A DNA stretch of 64,000 bases from an uncultured virus (IMG/VR IMGVR_UViG_3300009164_000062) (lineage: Duplodnaviria > Heunggongvirae > Uroviricota > Caudoviricetes). The notes under the pieces were generated by a model. It did no database searches, was not told the DNA's origin, and worked only from the letters and a program-made list of their open reading frames with translations. The stretch lies in the IMG/VR virus record IMGVR_UViG_3300009164_000062; one strand, 5' to 3'. Shown here in pieces: positions 28,799-43,700 of the stretch. Position 1 is the first letter of the stretch. The number at the start of each line of letters is the position of its first letter. The translations under genes were made by a program, and so were the position numbers.

Positions 28799-31700
28799 AT
28801 GGCAACACAAGTTAGAACAATTGATTTTTTACCTGAGATTTTTAAAACTAAATCCAATGAACAATTTTTGGCTGCAACACTAGATCAAATTGCACAACAG
28901 CCTGATTTTGTTAAAGTTCAGGGATTTGTCGGGAGTAAATTTGGTTACGGAGTTCAAGCTACTGATGGGTACTTATCAGAACCTACAAAAGAAAGAGCAG
29001 ATTATCAATTAGAACCGTCGGTAGTTTTTAAAAAGAAAGATACTAGTATTGCTGTTGATACTATTCCCTATTCAGGTTTAATTAATGGCTTAGATATTGA
29101 AGGTGCTTTAGTAAGTAAACACGGCAGACTCTTTAGTAATGAATTTTATTCTTGGGATAGTTTCACTGATTTAGATAAGATAATTAACTATAGTCAATAT
29201 TATTGGTTACCCCAAGGACCTGATATGGTCACTGTATCTACTATTGATGATTTTTTTAATTTAGATTTTACTGTTAGTAATATTTTTGCGGCATACAAAA
29301 TCTCATCGTTAGAAAAATCTTATAGCGAATCTAATCCTACACTGACATTAATTAGAGGCGGAACATATACATTTAATGTTAACCAAAATTCAAATTTTTG
29401 GATTCAAACTGAACCCGGTGTTGATGGAGTACAGAAAGCAAATCCTAATATATCAACTAGAGTTGTATATGGTGTAGATGGAAATGGATTAAGTGAGGGT
29501 CAAATAACCTTTACAGTACCATTATCAACAGATCAAAATGATAACATCTATGCAGGTGATGTTTCATTAGATTTAGCAACCACTAAAAAGTTTGATGAAA
29601 TTCATGGCAAAACATTAAATGAGATTAAAGACATTGACGGAGTTGTAAATTTAAATAGCAAAACGTTGCTGTTTTATAAATCTTTGCCAACCAATAGTTA
29701 CTTTCGCGGTACTTTTCTAGATGAATATGAATTTGATAGTGATGCTCCTGGTAATGTGCTAAAATCAACAGTTGAAATTACACAAACATCAGCGTCAGGT
29801 AATTTACTTCATACCACATCAACTATAGGCTTACGTGCCGGGGCAGACATTACTTTCTCCGGAATACCTTTTGGTGGAATAGTAGTAAACCGCACCTATT
29901 ATATTAAACAAATAATAGATTCTACTACTTTTACAATTTCAGAGTCATTCAACGGACCTCTTCCAATTGACGGAGTAACCTTTCACGTTACCAATGGATC
30001 AACCGATCCTAATGCACCCCTACTAGCAAATGCTAACGTGGGTGGGTTAGAAGAAGGTAAGTATACTAGAGTAAATAATAACTTTTATAGAATAAAATAT
30101 GTTGGGGATTCAAATAACCCTACTATTTATTTAGAAGAAGAAGGCGTTTTGCCAACTAATGAAAAGATATATATCACCGGCGGTACAGAATATACTGCAC
30201 GATATTTTGTAAGAAATTTCTATGGTGAGATTTCATTAGTTAACGTCATTACCTCAACATTGAGTACACTATATTATCAAGACGGTAGTAATATTGACCA
30301 ATATGGAAAAATTAATATCATTGATAAAGATAATCCATCAGACATTGATATTGAAAATGATATTTTAGGGAAGAAGACATATACTAGCCCTAACGGTATA
30401 GTCTTTACTAATGGATTAAAAGTTAAGTTTTTTGGTGGTGTTTCCCCTATTTCATACTTAAATGACTCTTACTATATAGAAGGCGTGGGGTCTAGCATCA
30501 GATTAGTTCCAGCATCAGAACAATTGGTTCCAGAACCCTTCACTGAAGGGGCGGCTATTCCTTTTGAATCAGGTGGATTTGATACTAGTCCATATAGTGA
30601 TAGTGCATTGGTTCCTGAATTACCGGACTATATTACTATTCAAAGAGGTAGTAAAAACAAAAATGCATGGAGTCGTAGTAACAGATGGTTTCACGTAGAT
30701 GTATTAAATGCTACACTTGCTAGTAATCCAAATAGCCAACTAGTATTAAATGCATTCAGTAATTCAAAGTACAGAGCAAAAAGACCTATTATTGAATTCT
30801 ATCCCGATCTAAAATTATTCAAATCCGGTTCTGTAGCTAAGGCTCCGGTAGACTTTATTGATTTTACTGTTACTAATGCATTTACACAAGTTTACGGAAA
30901 ACTTGAAAGTTCTTATTCACCTGACGGATCTTCTTCTAGTTTATTTGACGGTGCTAGAATTATTTTTGCGAATGACGCAGACCCACTAGTAAGAAATCAA
31001 ATATTTGTTGTTGCACTAAATGATATTAATTCTGACAATAGTTTTAAAATTAATTTAACCAGAGCAGTTGATAACCCGGTACAATATAATGATCAGGTTG
31101 TCATCACCAAAGGCGAGTATGCTAAAGGATTGACATATTACTTTGATGGGCTAAACTGGAACGAAGGCCAATCTAAATCAACCATCAATCAACAACCTTT
31201 GTTTGACATTTTTGATGCCAATGGAAATAGCTTTGGCGATGAAAAATATTATCCCGGAACAGACTTTATTGGTACAAAGTTATTTTCATATGCAATTGGA
31301 TCGGGGGAAGACGATTCGATATTGAAATTCCCTATCAAATACAGTTCGATAGTTAATATCGGTGATATCGTATTTGAATCATTTATTAATAGTCAAACCT
31401 TTAATTTTATCAATGAAGATACTTCAATCTCGCTTGCCATTAATAATGGATATATTCATTCATATACCTCTAATACTGATTTTACTAGATTGATAGGATG
31501 GCAGACAGCAGTAGAAAATAGTTTCCAATATCAAATTTTTAACTTAATTTACAATGATGCACCTTTATTATGTGACATTGCTGCCAAGAATGCCTCTGAG
31601 ACAAAATGGCCTTCAATTGTTGTGTATGAAAATAATGAAAGAATAACAGATTATACGTTCACCGTTACATCTGATACTACCGAAATTACTTTACTAACTC

Positions 31701-34700
31701 CGCCTGCGACAGGCACTCCTGTAGAAATTCTTATATACAGTGATCAGGTAAGTAATGTTGGATATTATCAAATACCAAGTAATTTTGACCATAATCCCTT
31801 TAATGAAGAAGTTACTAACATTAACTTAGGTGACTTGCGTGGTCATTATAAGAGTATTTGCAACAATATAACAACCTTAACAGGTAATGCATTTGGACCT
31901 AACAACTTCAGAGATTTGGGTAATTTAGTACCATATGGAACACGAATCGTTCAGAATAGTGCTCCGCTAACTATTCCTGCAATGTTTACAAAAAAATCTA
32001 AATTTAATTTTTTAGATTCTTTAAAATATAATAGAAATCAATATACAAAGTTTAAAATAGCATTGGTAGATATTGTTAATCAAACTGACTATCTTTCTAC
32101 TGATTTAGAATCTTATATTTTGGATGACGCTATCGGAAAACTTTCACTGAATAAAAATGAAGCAAATAGTTTCTTCTATAGTGATATGTTACCCGCATCT
32201 TTAACAACTACTACACGTTCATATGTATTCAATAGTTCTGTTGACACATCTGTTTTCCCGTTAACTAGATATTATGATTTTGCTAATGCAAACTATTATT
32301 CTGTTTTAGTTTATTTAGGTAGAAAAGTTGACGGAGTAACTCGTAACATTCAACTATTAAAAGACATTGATTATACTATCAGACCAGATGAAAAATTACT
32401 AAGAATCAGTACAGATTTGTTACCAAATGATGTTATTACTGTAAAAGAATATTCACAGTCATATGGTAGTTTTGTACCAAATACTCCAAGTAAATTAGGT
32501 TTCTATCCCTCATTCGTACCGGAAATCGTATTTGATACTTCATACATGACCCCTACATATTTTATTAAAGGGCACGATGGATCTCTTACTAAATTATACG
32601 GGGAATATATTAACGGTTTCTTAGTTGATAATAGAGATAGAGCATTGTTCGAATTTGAAAAAAGAGTTTATAATAACTTAAAAGTCAATGCAAAAATACC
32701 GATAGAATATGACGAAGTGTTTCCGGGATATTATAGAAAAACAGATTATTCATTAAGAGAATTAAATGCAATCTATTCAAGTGAATTTTTAAATTGGGCA
32801 GGGACTAATAATATTGACTATAAGAGTCAACGATATCTTGACACCAAAGAATTTACTTGGAACTATAAAGGTAGTAAACACAAAGTAGATAATTCAATAA
32901 TTGAACAGGGTAACTGGCGTGGTATATATCTTTGGATGTACGATTCAGCTACACCTCATTCAACCCCTTGGGAAATTTTAGGTCTATATAGTAAACCAGC
33001 ATGGTGGGATAGTAGATATGGTGAAGCACCATACACTAGTGAAAATACATTATTGTGGGGTGATATTAGTAACGGTTATATTTGGAATAACGGTGAACCA
33101 TACATCAATAAAAGACGAATCCGTAACAATTTATTGAATGCATTACCAGTAGATACGTATGGTAAATTGCTCTCACCGTTTGATAGTGTAGTAGGTAATT
33201 ATGCACGTGAAAATTTTAAAAATGACTGGAATGTTTTTGATTTTGGTCCTGCAGAATATGCATATAGAACAAGTAGTAACTGGCCATTTGATTTGTTAAG
33301 AATATTTGCATTAACAAAACCGGCACAATTTTTTAGTCTAGGCATTGATTTAGACTCATACAAATATAACACTGAGTTTAATCAATATTTGGTCAACAAT
33401 AGAAAACGCCAGACTAATAATGATAGTCCAATATACGGCTCAGGTACAGCTACCCATAGTTTATATAATTGGGTAGTTGATTATGCAAATTTAAACGGAG
33501 TTAATAACTACAGCGAATTAGTTGATTATATAGCAAATATCGATGTAAGACTTTCATATAGATTGGCAGGATTTAGTGATAAGTCTTTATTGAAATTCTT
33601 TGCTGAAAAGGGAAGCCCTAACAGTAGAAATGCTAGCTTACTCATACCTGATGAAAGTTTTACTATATTATTAAATGAAACACAACCATATAAGAACATC
33701 ATTTATAGTAGTGTTATCATTCAAAAAACCAATGCGGGTTTTAGAGTATACGGTAATGATAGAGAAAGATCATATTTTATAGCAAACGATGCTAGATCGG
33801 ATGGTCAATATGAAAATATTACTGTTGGTAGTCAGACCGTTAATTTATCAACTAACTTCTTTAATACTACCTCATTGTACTCTTATGGATACGAATTCAC
33901 AACAGTTAAATCTTTAGCAAATTTCTTGAATGGGTATGGTTACTATCTACAGTCTTTGGGACTAGTATTTGAAGGGATAGAAAACGGTATAGAAATCAAC
34001 TGGAGACAAATGGTTGTGGAACTTCTATATTGGATTGATTCTGGGTGGGAAGAGGGCAGTGTAATCAACTTAAACCCAAGCGCATCATCTATTTCTATTA
34101 CAAATAAGATAGGTGTAATGCAATCAATGAGTGATGCTCAAAGCAGTATTTTGAATCAAAACTTGATTAACATACCAATAAGAGATTTAGGGATCACTAG
34201 AATAGGAACTAAGTTTACTGCAAAGGCATTGAATTCTGGTGACTCTATTAGCTTTTTTAAATCTAATGTAACTAGTTTTGAACATGTGGTGGTTTTTGAT
34301 AACGTTACTGTTTTCAACGATACAATTTTTAACTTAATTTCTGGGTTAAGACAACAACGACTTTTTATTAAAGGCAGCAAAACTGCTACTTGGGACGGAA
34401 CTCTAAATGCACCCGGTTTTGTTATCAATCAAGATAATGTTCCTGAATGGCAACAAAATACAAAATATAACAGAGGGTCAATAGTAAAATACAAAAATTC
34501 TTATTGGTCATATATTCCTGCGTTAAGCAATTCTTCTTCAACTTTTAAAACAGAAGACTGGAATGCAGTTGACTATCATTTAATGCAAAAAGGTTTATTA
34601 CCAAATGCGAGTACTAGAGCAAAAGAATCTACTTTATATTATGATAGCAATATAACTAATTTAAAGAAAGACGCAGACCTATTAAGTTTCTCATTAATAG

Positions 34701-37700
34701 GATATCGACCACGATCTTACTTTAGTGAAATCAATTTGAATGACAATACTCAAGTTAATTTATACAAGAGTATGTTAGTAAACAAGGGAACAAAAAATTC
34801 TTTAAATATCCTATTAGGTGCAACATTACAAGAAACTGATTTAGATTATACGTTCCATGAAAACTGGGCTATCAAAAATTCTGACTTTGGCGGCACGATG
34901 AACAAAAACTTCATCGAAGTTACTCTTGATCAATCACTGTTACCGGGTAATCCTGCAATAGTATCAATTGTTAGAGGAACTACTGAAGCCGGGGCCCAAC
35001 AAGAAATTCAATTTAATAACTTGAAAAATTACGGAACTGTACCAAAAGATGCTAACTTCTTACCTACAATTTCTGCAACTTCTTCAAGTAAGTTACCATC
35101 AGCTGGTTATGTAAATATTGATGACGTAGAAACTTATTCGTACTATCCAGGTACATTAAATGGAAGTACAATTGGAGACATATATAAGAATGATTATATC
35201 TGGGTGGCTGACGTTGTTGGTGAATGGAAAGTATATACTCCTATTAGAACAGGAGTCAATCTAATAACTGTGCGTAATAGCTTAAATAATCAAGCGTTAT
35301 TTATTTTTGATAAGCCACACGATTTAGTAAAAGATACCTTATTTGGAATAATAAATTTTGGTACAAGTGTTAACGGTTACTATACTGTTATGGAAGTTAT
35401 TTCTTTAACTTCAATATTAGTTATCAAAACGTTAGATAAGGCAGTCACTTCATTATCCGGCACCGGTATAATGTTTAAATTAGGTAATCAACGTGTTGAA
35501 AAAGCCAAAGACATTCTTGGATTACCTTTATTAAATTCAGAGTATGTAAAAAATAAAGTTTGGGTTGATAAAGATGTCAACGGCGAATGGAATGTCTTAC
35601 AGAAATCAAATGTATACTCATACAAAACTTCTAACACGCCTAATGGTTCGTTATCATTTGGTGCAACTGTTTGTGCAACTGAGGGAGGATATTTAATCGC
35701 CGACCCCGATGTAGGTACACTTTACTATTATATCGATTCTCCATTATCAGCTACTGAGTGGAGATTGTATAAGAAGTTAGTAGGAAGACCTGGTTTTGGT
35801 CAAGCAATGGCAACCAATGACGAAATACTAGTAGTATCTCAGCCAGACCCGTTTGGTGACTTAAGCAAAATTTATATCTATAGAAAAATAGTAAATGATA
35901 AACTTAATGTACTTGTAGAAGAACAAGTGATGAGTTTTACTAATAGTATGTTTGGTGAAGGTATTATTGTAGGTGCTGTGGGAAGTTCTCTTGCACTATC
36001 AGGTGATGGAAATTACTTATATATTGGTGCTACTGATTTGACAGTAGTTGGAGCTCCGTCTAACTTAGGCTTATTCTTCTCTTTCCAATTAGATCAAGGT
36101 TTACTGTTCTATGATGTTGGCTTTACAATTAGTTCAACTGTTTCACCTGGGGCAACTCAATTTGAAATTTACGGAGATGTAGGTGCGTATGGTGCCGGAC
36201 GTAGAGTTTCGTTTACTACTTACGGGGTAGGTGATAACCTTTATACCATTATCACTACACAGTATAATGCAAGTAAACAAACCACTACAATTTATATACT
36301 TGAAACAATTCCATATACCATTAGTACAGGTAGTACTATGTATTTGGCAGTGTTAAATTATAGTTTAGTTGGTGCTGTATCAAGCGAAAACTTAGGTGGT
36401 GTCCCAGACAGATTTGGAAATTCTCTTGCTACAAACTACGACGGTACTAAGTTATTTGTTGGAGCTCCTTTAGCAGATTTTAATTATGTTCCGGATACTG
36501 GAACAGTACTTACATACAATCGTTTAGTAGAGTCATGGGAAGTAGTTGGCGATAGTCCTAGAAATAGTGTAGCATTATTCTTTATATCATGGACACCAAA
36601 CTATGGTTCTGCTATATACATCAATGATGTTAGACTTCATCCTTCATACTATGTACTAATTAGCAATGTATTAATAACTTTTGTGGAGTTAAAGTCCGGT
36701 GATATAATCACAGTGAGCAGTGGTAACGTAGTATTAATGCAAAAACTACTAGGTGGAACTCTTACACAAGATTTTTCAAATGGAGAAAAATTTGGCTTCT
36801 CATTAGACTGTAACGTTTCCGGAACTGACTTGATTGTTGGTAGTCCAAATAATTTAGATAATTTAGGTAATGAGGGTGCAGTGTTCCGATTTACCAATGA
36901 GGGCAAACGCACGGGCACGATTAGTGGTTTGTTTGATTGTCGCTTGTTATACCCAGTTGATATTTTAATTAATGGGTATAGAGTTCAGTTAGGTGACCCG
37001 GATCCATATGAAGGCATTGTTGGTGATGCCTACTATGTTGCTAATAGAATTAATTTGTCAGTAGTAAACAATGTGTTTGCTTATGCATTCACTGATGATG
37101 GTGGTCAAACTTATTTAAGAATTCGCCTACGTGATTTTAATTTAGGACCAGTTAATAACAAATTGAATATAACTGTCTTTGGTTCTAACTACTATCATGA
37201 AGATAAGTTCACCGGTGATGCATCTACCCTTTCTTTTGTATTAGCACATGCACCACCAAACAAATCATATCTAACAGTTACAATAGACGATTATGTAATC
37301 CCTAGTTATAACTATAGTTTGTCAGGTAATACATTGACTTTTGCTTCAGCTCCTTGGGATGACGGAAAAGTTGTAGTTAACTGGACTGAAGCACTTGCCG
37401 GTCCTTCTATAATTATGACACAACTAGGTATTGCCGAATATATTACAACAGAAGTCATAACTGATCCTAGACCAAACTCAAGAACTAGTTTTGGTTATAG
37501 CGTGAAGTTTAGCGAGTTAAATAGTTTTATTGTAGGTGCTCCTACTACAGACAGATATTTGAATACAACGTTTGACTTTACCGATGATACAAACAACCAC
37601 AATGATTGTGTATTTGATAATAACTTCACTCAATGGGAAGATAATTATAAAAATGCAGGACAAGCCTACGTGTATGAATACATTGACTCACAAGGTGAAA

Positions 37701-40700
37701 CGCTACTTTCTTTAGGTAATTATATATATTCACAATCTTTACCGGACTTAGAAACATCTTACGGCAAACAACCTTACTATGGTAAAGCAGTTGCATTAAG
37801 AAATAACCGAGCCATCATTGGTGCCCCAAATCATAAGTATAGTTCAGGTACTACTACTGGACGAGCAGTTGCTTATCAGAATTTATCCGGTGACAAGCAC
37901 TGGTCTGTATTTAGAAAGTCATCTGAAATTACAGATGTGAATAAAATTCAAAAAGTTCAGTTGTACGATAATACTACTAATTTGACTTTAGACTCACTTG
38001 ATTACTTTGACCCGTTACAAGGTAAATTATTAGGAACTATTGCAGTCAATCTCGACTACATTGCCGGTGTAGATCCTGCAGGGTATAACAATGACATAGC
38101 CACCGGTAACGTAGTCTGGTCAAAAAACAAAATAGGAACAATGTGGTTTGATATCTCTAGTACTAAATTCATTAATTACCATCAAGATGATATTGAATAT
38201 AACAGTAAGTATTGGGGTTCCGTATTTCCGGGAAGTATTGTAACAGTTTACAGCTGGATAGAAAGCGATGTACTGCCTATTAATTATATTGGAGGAGGTA
38301 CTCCGTATGATTTTGCAAGTTATAGCGTATCATATGAAACTGACGCTGGCGGAAATTTAAATGTTAGATATTACTATTGGGTAAGAAATACTAATATCCT
38401 ATTCAGTGCTAAAGGAAAAACATTAACAGATACGGTAATTGAAAATTATATTCTAAACCCGCTTGGATCTGGTATTAGTTATTTTACAGCACTAAAATCA
38501 AATGTATTTGGATTATACAATATTCGTGATTCGTTGAGAGGAACCAAAACTAATTTACATATTGGTTATAGTTCAACATCAGTTGATATACCAATACACA
38601 GTGAAGTCAAGTTAATCCGATCAGATTTCCCTAGTGATTTCTTGCCTGGTTTACCTGATGGTAAAAATTATTTGATTCCAGAAGGATTGTACAAAAAGTT
38701 CATTGAAAGTTTAGCAGGGCAAGATGATAATGGTCAAGTTTTACCTAATTCAAATGTTCCTAAATTAGTTCAAATAGGTACAGGAGTACGTCCTGGACAA
38801 ACTATGTTTATTAATAGAACTGAAGCGTTGAAGAATTATATAAAATATGCTAACAGTGTATTGAAGGGTTATCCGATAACTGAATTGCCTAATTTAACTT
38901 TTTTAAGTGATTCAGGTGACAATTATGACACTACTAAATATTGGAACTACACTTATTGGTGGGCTGAAGGATATTCAGACACAGTTAAACCAATATTTGA
39001 AGTCAACACATATCCTGATTTAATAAAAGAAACTGTAGCTGACGGCGCAATTGTGGGCGTCATTAAAAACCTTCAAGGGCATCGAGAGGTATATAAATTT
39101 ACTTTTGGTTCATGGCAACGCATTGGACTTGAAAATGGAACTATAGAAATATCATCTAAGATTTGGAATCCTATAGGAGATGATATTGGCTATGGTGATA
39201 ATTTCTTTGACGTACTAAGTTTTGATTCTTATCCAGTAACTGAAACAAAAAATATAATACGTGCATTAAATGAACAGATTTATGTAGGTGAGTTGCTAGA
39301 ACATAGAAACAAAAGCCTAATATTGATGTTTGAATATATTCAAAGTGAAAATATTGAATCACAAAATTATCTTCCTTGGTTAAATAAAACAAGTTTAGCG
39401 GATGTAAGTTATCAAGTAAGAGAATTGAAATCTTATCAAAAATATCAAACTGAAAATATTAATTTATTAGAAGGATTTATCAACGAAGTAAAACCTTATC
39501 ACACCGTATTGAAAGAGTTTTATTTTACATATTTTGGTACTGATGTGTACCAAGGTAGTATTTTTGACTTTGACTTACCAGCCAAATACAATGTAGATAC
39601 AAGTAAATTTGAGTCTCCAAAATTAAAAAATACTAACTTTAATACTGAGAGTGATATTGTTGCTACTGATAACCTTTGGTCAACTGATACTGAAAACAAG
39701 TCTTGGTATGAAAATTATGGATTAAAAATAGATTCCGGAAAAGATCAAGTTATTGGCATATTAGGCAAGTATATGTCTACCTCATCACAAGAAATTATTC
39801 TAGAAACTGCGTATGGCGTACCAGTAACTGGCTTAATCAAAATTGATGATGAACTAATACGATACACTCAAGTTGATAGAGAACACAAGAAATTGTTTGG
39901 CATAAGCAGAGGGGTTGAAAATACAACCGTAACCGAGCACTTACCGGGCACAAAAGTATTCTCAGATTTGTCAGGTATTGTTGTAATTTTTGGTGGCAGA
40001 GGTTATGTTGACGCTCCTATTGTGAAAGCCAAAATAGACCTTACAAAATATTCTGCACCAAGAAAAGAAGCATCATTAAAGGCAGTCCTAATAGAAGACA
40101 GGGTAGTAGAGGTGCAAGTTTTAGATCCGGGGGAAGGTTACGTAGTTACCCCTGATATTGTATTTGAGCCTGCGTTTACAATAGATTTTAATAATACGCA
40201 ATTAAATTATGAATATGATTTACTAGTAATTGACTCTGATCAATTGCAAACTGGCGATCAGGTAAAGATTGTATCAAACTCAAATACATTTGAGTCTATC
40301 TTACCGGGTTATTACTATGTAAAAGTATTGGGTTTTAACCAAGCATCAATACGATCAAATAAACCTGTTATTTCGTTGCATTATTCATTGAGAGAAGCAC
40401 TATCAGGTGACCACAGAGTCTCATTTAAAACAAACAGATTAAATGTTTCATTATCATATACTCTTGAAATGGTTCCTAGAGCAATAGTTATTACCAATAA
40501 TTCCATTGTACGAGGAATATCTCCAAAGTTAAGATTTGATCGAACCAGTTATAAATCATTAGTTGTTCCTTGGGAGTCCGGTATTTTTTGGCCTAGCATC
40601 TTTGTTAGTTTAGGAAATGACTCAAGTTCTAATTTAACGATGAGTTCTAGTACTGAGTATAAATTTGATCAATATACTGCTACATTAGATAATACAATTT

Positions 40701-43700
40701 CTATATCATCTTTTGCTGGTTTGGGATTAAAATTTAGCGTGTTTAATGAAATAGCTATTGGTGAATATTATGTAACTATAACCTCACCTGGAGTAGGATT
40801 TAGAGTTAATGACACTATTACTATTACCGGAGACAATTTGGGTGGCTCTACGCCATCAAACGATGTTATAATTACGATTACTCAAATTACAGGAACAGGA
40901 TCAGCTGGGCCGATCAAAACAGTTAGCGTTAGCGGCGACCCGTACATTCCAGAAGATATCAATGCTAACGAATTACTACTACAAAGCAAAATACTTACAG
41001 CTAGTTTGCAAGGTGCAGTTATGCCTATTGTCAGTGCTAGTTTAGATCCATCAGATGACGGGGCAATAATAAAAGTTAACTATGTTCCTAGTAACTTAAA
41101 ACCAGGACAAGTTAAAGGACTAAAAACTCAATTCTTTAGAAATCTGCCATCTTACACATATAATGATACCGGTGCAAATTTTAAAGCAACATTTGAAATT
41201 GGAGAAACTTCAACTTTTCAAGGAACCATTGCAGGTACAACACTAACAGTAACTTCAGCACCTGTGAGTATAGGTATCAGTATCGGTGATTTACTAACCG
41301 GTGGTTCAATTGCGACGGATGTTTATATCGTAGAAAGAAAAACAGGTACAAGTATAAGTACAAATAGTTCTTGGACTATTAGTTCGCCAGTAACACAAGT
41401 GTCTACTGTAACTTTTACAGTTACACCAGTGACCATGACAGTAACAGAAGTTACTAAAGGTAAGTTGAGTGCTGGACAAACGTTATCAAATAGTGAACTT
41501 GTTTCGGGTACTAAAATAGCTTCAGTTATTGTAGGAACAACGGGCGGCGTAGGTTACTATAAAGTAACTAAAGCACAAACAATTACAACCCCAATAAGTA
41601 TTCAAACAAACGGCGGCGCTATTTTTGAAATACACAGACCAAACTTTGATCCACAAATTATTGTTAACAGATACTATTTAAAAATAATTGACCCCGGCAC
41701 TATCTATAAAGACGGGGACGTTATAATTATACCCGGAAATGATTTAGGTGGTGTTACCGGAACAAATGATGCTGTTATTGATATTAACTATGCAAACGAT
41801 ACCACTGGTGAAATTCAAATATCTAAAATTAGTGGTCTATCAGTTGGCTTTACTGCAAACTATTATATTTTCCCAGTAACTCCAACAGAGTTAAAAATAT
41901 TTAGTGATTCAGGACTAATCAAACCAACACCATTCACTGACTTTATTTTTAAGAGTGACGGCACTTCTGATTTTGCATATTTAGCAGAACCACTAATTAC
42001 TAGTGGTGGGTATAAGTATGTTGTATCTGCGTTAGTGTCTTATAATAAAAAGGTATATCGTTGTATCGAAAGTAACAGTGATGATTATTTTGATTACAAA
42101 AAATGGCAAGAAGTTAATGTCGATGACCGTTCATTAAATGCAGTTGATCGTATTGCAGGTTATTATGAGCCTACAATTAATATGCCTGCAAAAGATTTGG
42201 GACAGCTATTATTGGGTGTAACTAATCCTAATCCAACATATCTTGGCAATAGTTTTGCACCTGACGAAGTGCTTCCGTTAGATTCTATTATTAAGGATAC
42301 TAGATTCTATCCAAGAGACATCAATATAAATGCTATGATACCTATTTTAATCTATGATCAGTCACATACTTTGATTAGAACAGAATACGTAGCTATCGGA
42401 GAAGCTAATAACGAATCATTACTAATGGCAAGCGACAATGGTACAGTATGGTTAAAAACTACATTAATTGATTGGTCATTTAAAGATTTTCATATCGGTG
42501 ATATTGGCGTGAGTGATATAGCATTCAATGGTTTCTTCTATGTAGCAACAACTACTAATGCAAAAACCGGATTACTTGTAAGTCCTAATAAAGTTAATTG
42601 GGTTACTATCGGAGAACAAATCACATTTGATTTTGGCGGCTACAGCAATGCTGGGTATGATGAGTTGCAAATTGATTGTCCTGAAACCCCACTAAACTCT
42701 ATAATTACTTCAGGTGAATCATTCATTGCATGCGGCATGTACCAAATTGTTAAGAGTGATGATGGAATATTGTGGAGAAGTGTTTATACTAATACAAGTA
42801 GACTATATCAAAATTTAAATGATATAAAGTATGTTGAAACTACTGGCTATGCAGGATTCCTTGCTGTGGGTATTGGAAATAAAGTAGTATCTGGTAACGA
42901 AACTGCTGCCCCTGTTATTGAGAGTTATGGTAAAATACTGCTTAGTGATTCCGGAGAAACGTGGGGAGAAAGTTCAGTACAGTTTACAACTAATGAATTC
43001 TTTGGTGTAGCGTCATCTAATCAATTGATTGTTGTTGTCGGTTCCGGCGGAGATTTGTGGATAAGTTTGAATGCTAGTAACTGGGGACAAGTAACAGTAG
43101 ATGACTATAATGGAGATCCTATAACCTCTACATTACGAGATGTAATTTATGCAAACAATACTTTTATTGCTGTGGGCGATAATGGAATAATTATTACTTC
43201 TAGTGACGGATATGTTTGGCAAGCTAGCAACACTAATGGTCTAACTAACAATCTAATCAATATATCATATGACGGAACACATTTCTTTATAGTAGGTTCA
43301 AATGGTTCGATGTTCAGAAGTTTAACCGGAGACTTGTGGACTGATATTAGTAATGTTGTTGTTACTCAACCTTATTATGAAATTAAAGGTAGTGATTTCT
43401 TAACTGGTTATGGTCCTGAAGAAATGATACCCGGAGTAGTTAGTGATACTATTTCATTTAGAGTAACGACAAGACCTGGATCTTGGTGGGATGTTGAAAC
43501 TGTTTCTCAAAGTAAACTTTATGGTTATACTGGTTTCAATATGAAATCTAGAATCGATAGTAGCGGTGACTCTGTATTGAGTTTTGCTGATATGGTTACT
43601 ACCCCTGCACAACTATCAGTATTTGTAGTTGACAATGACACCTTTATGGGACCTAGAATCTATCAAGGTTTTGATTATACTGTTAATTGGATTACTAAAG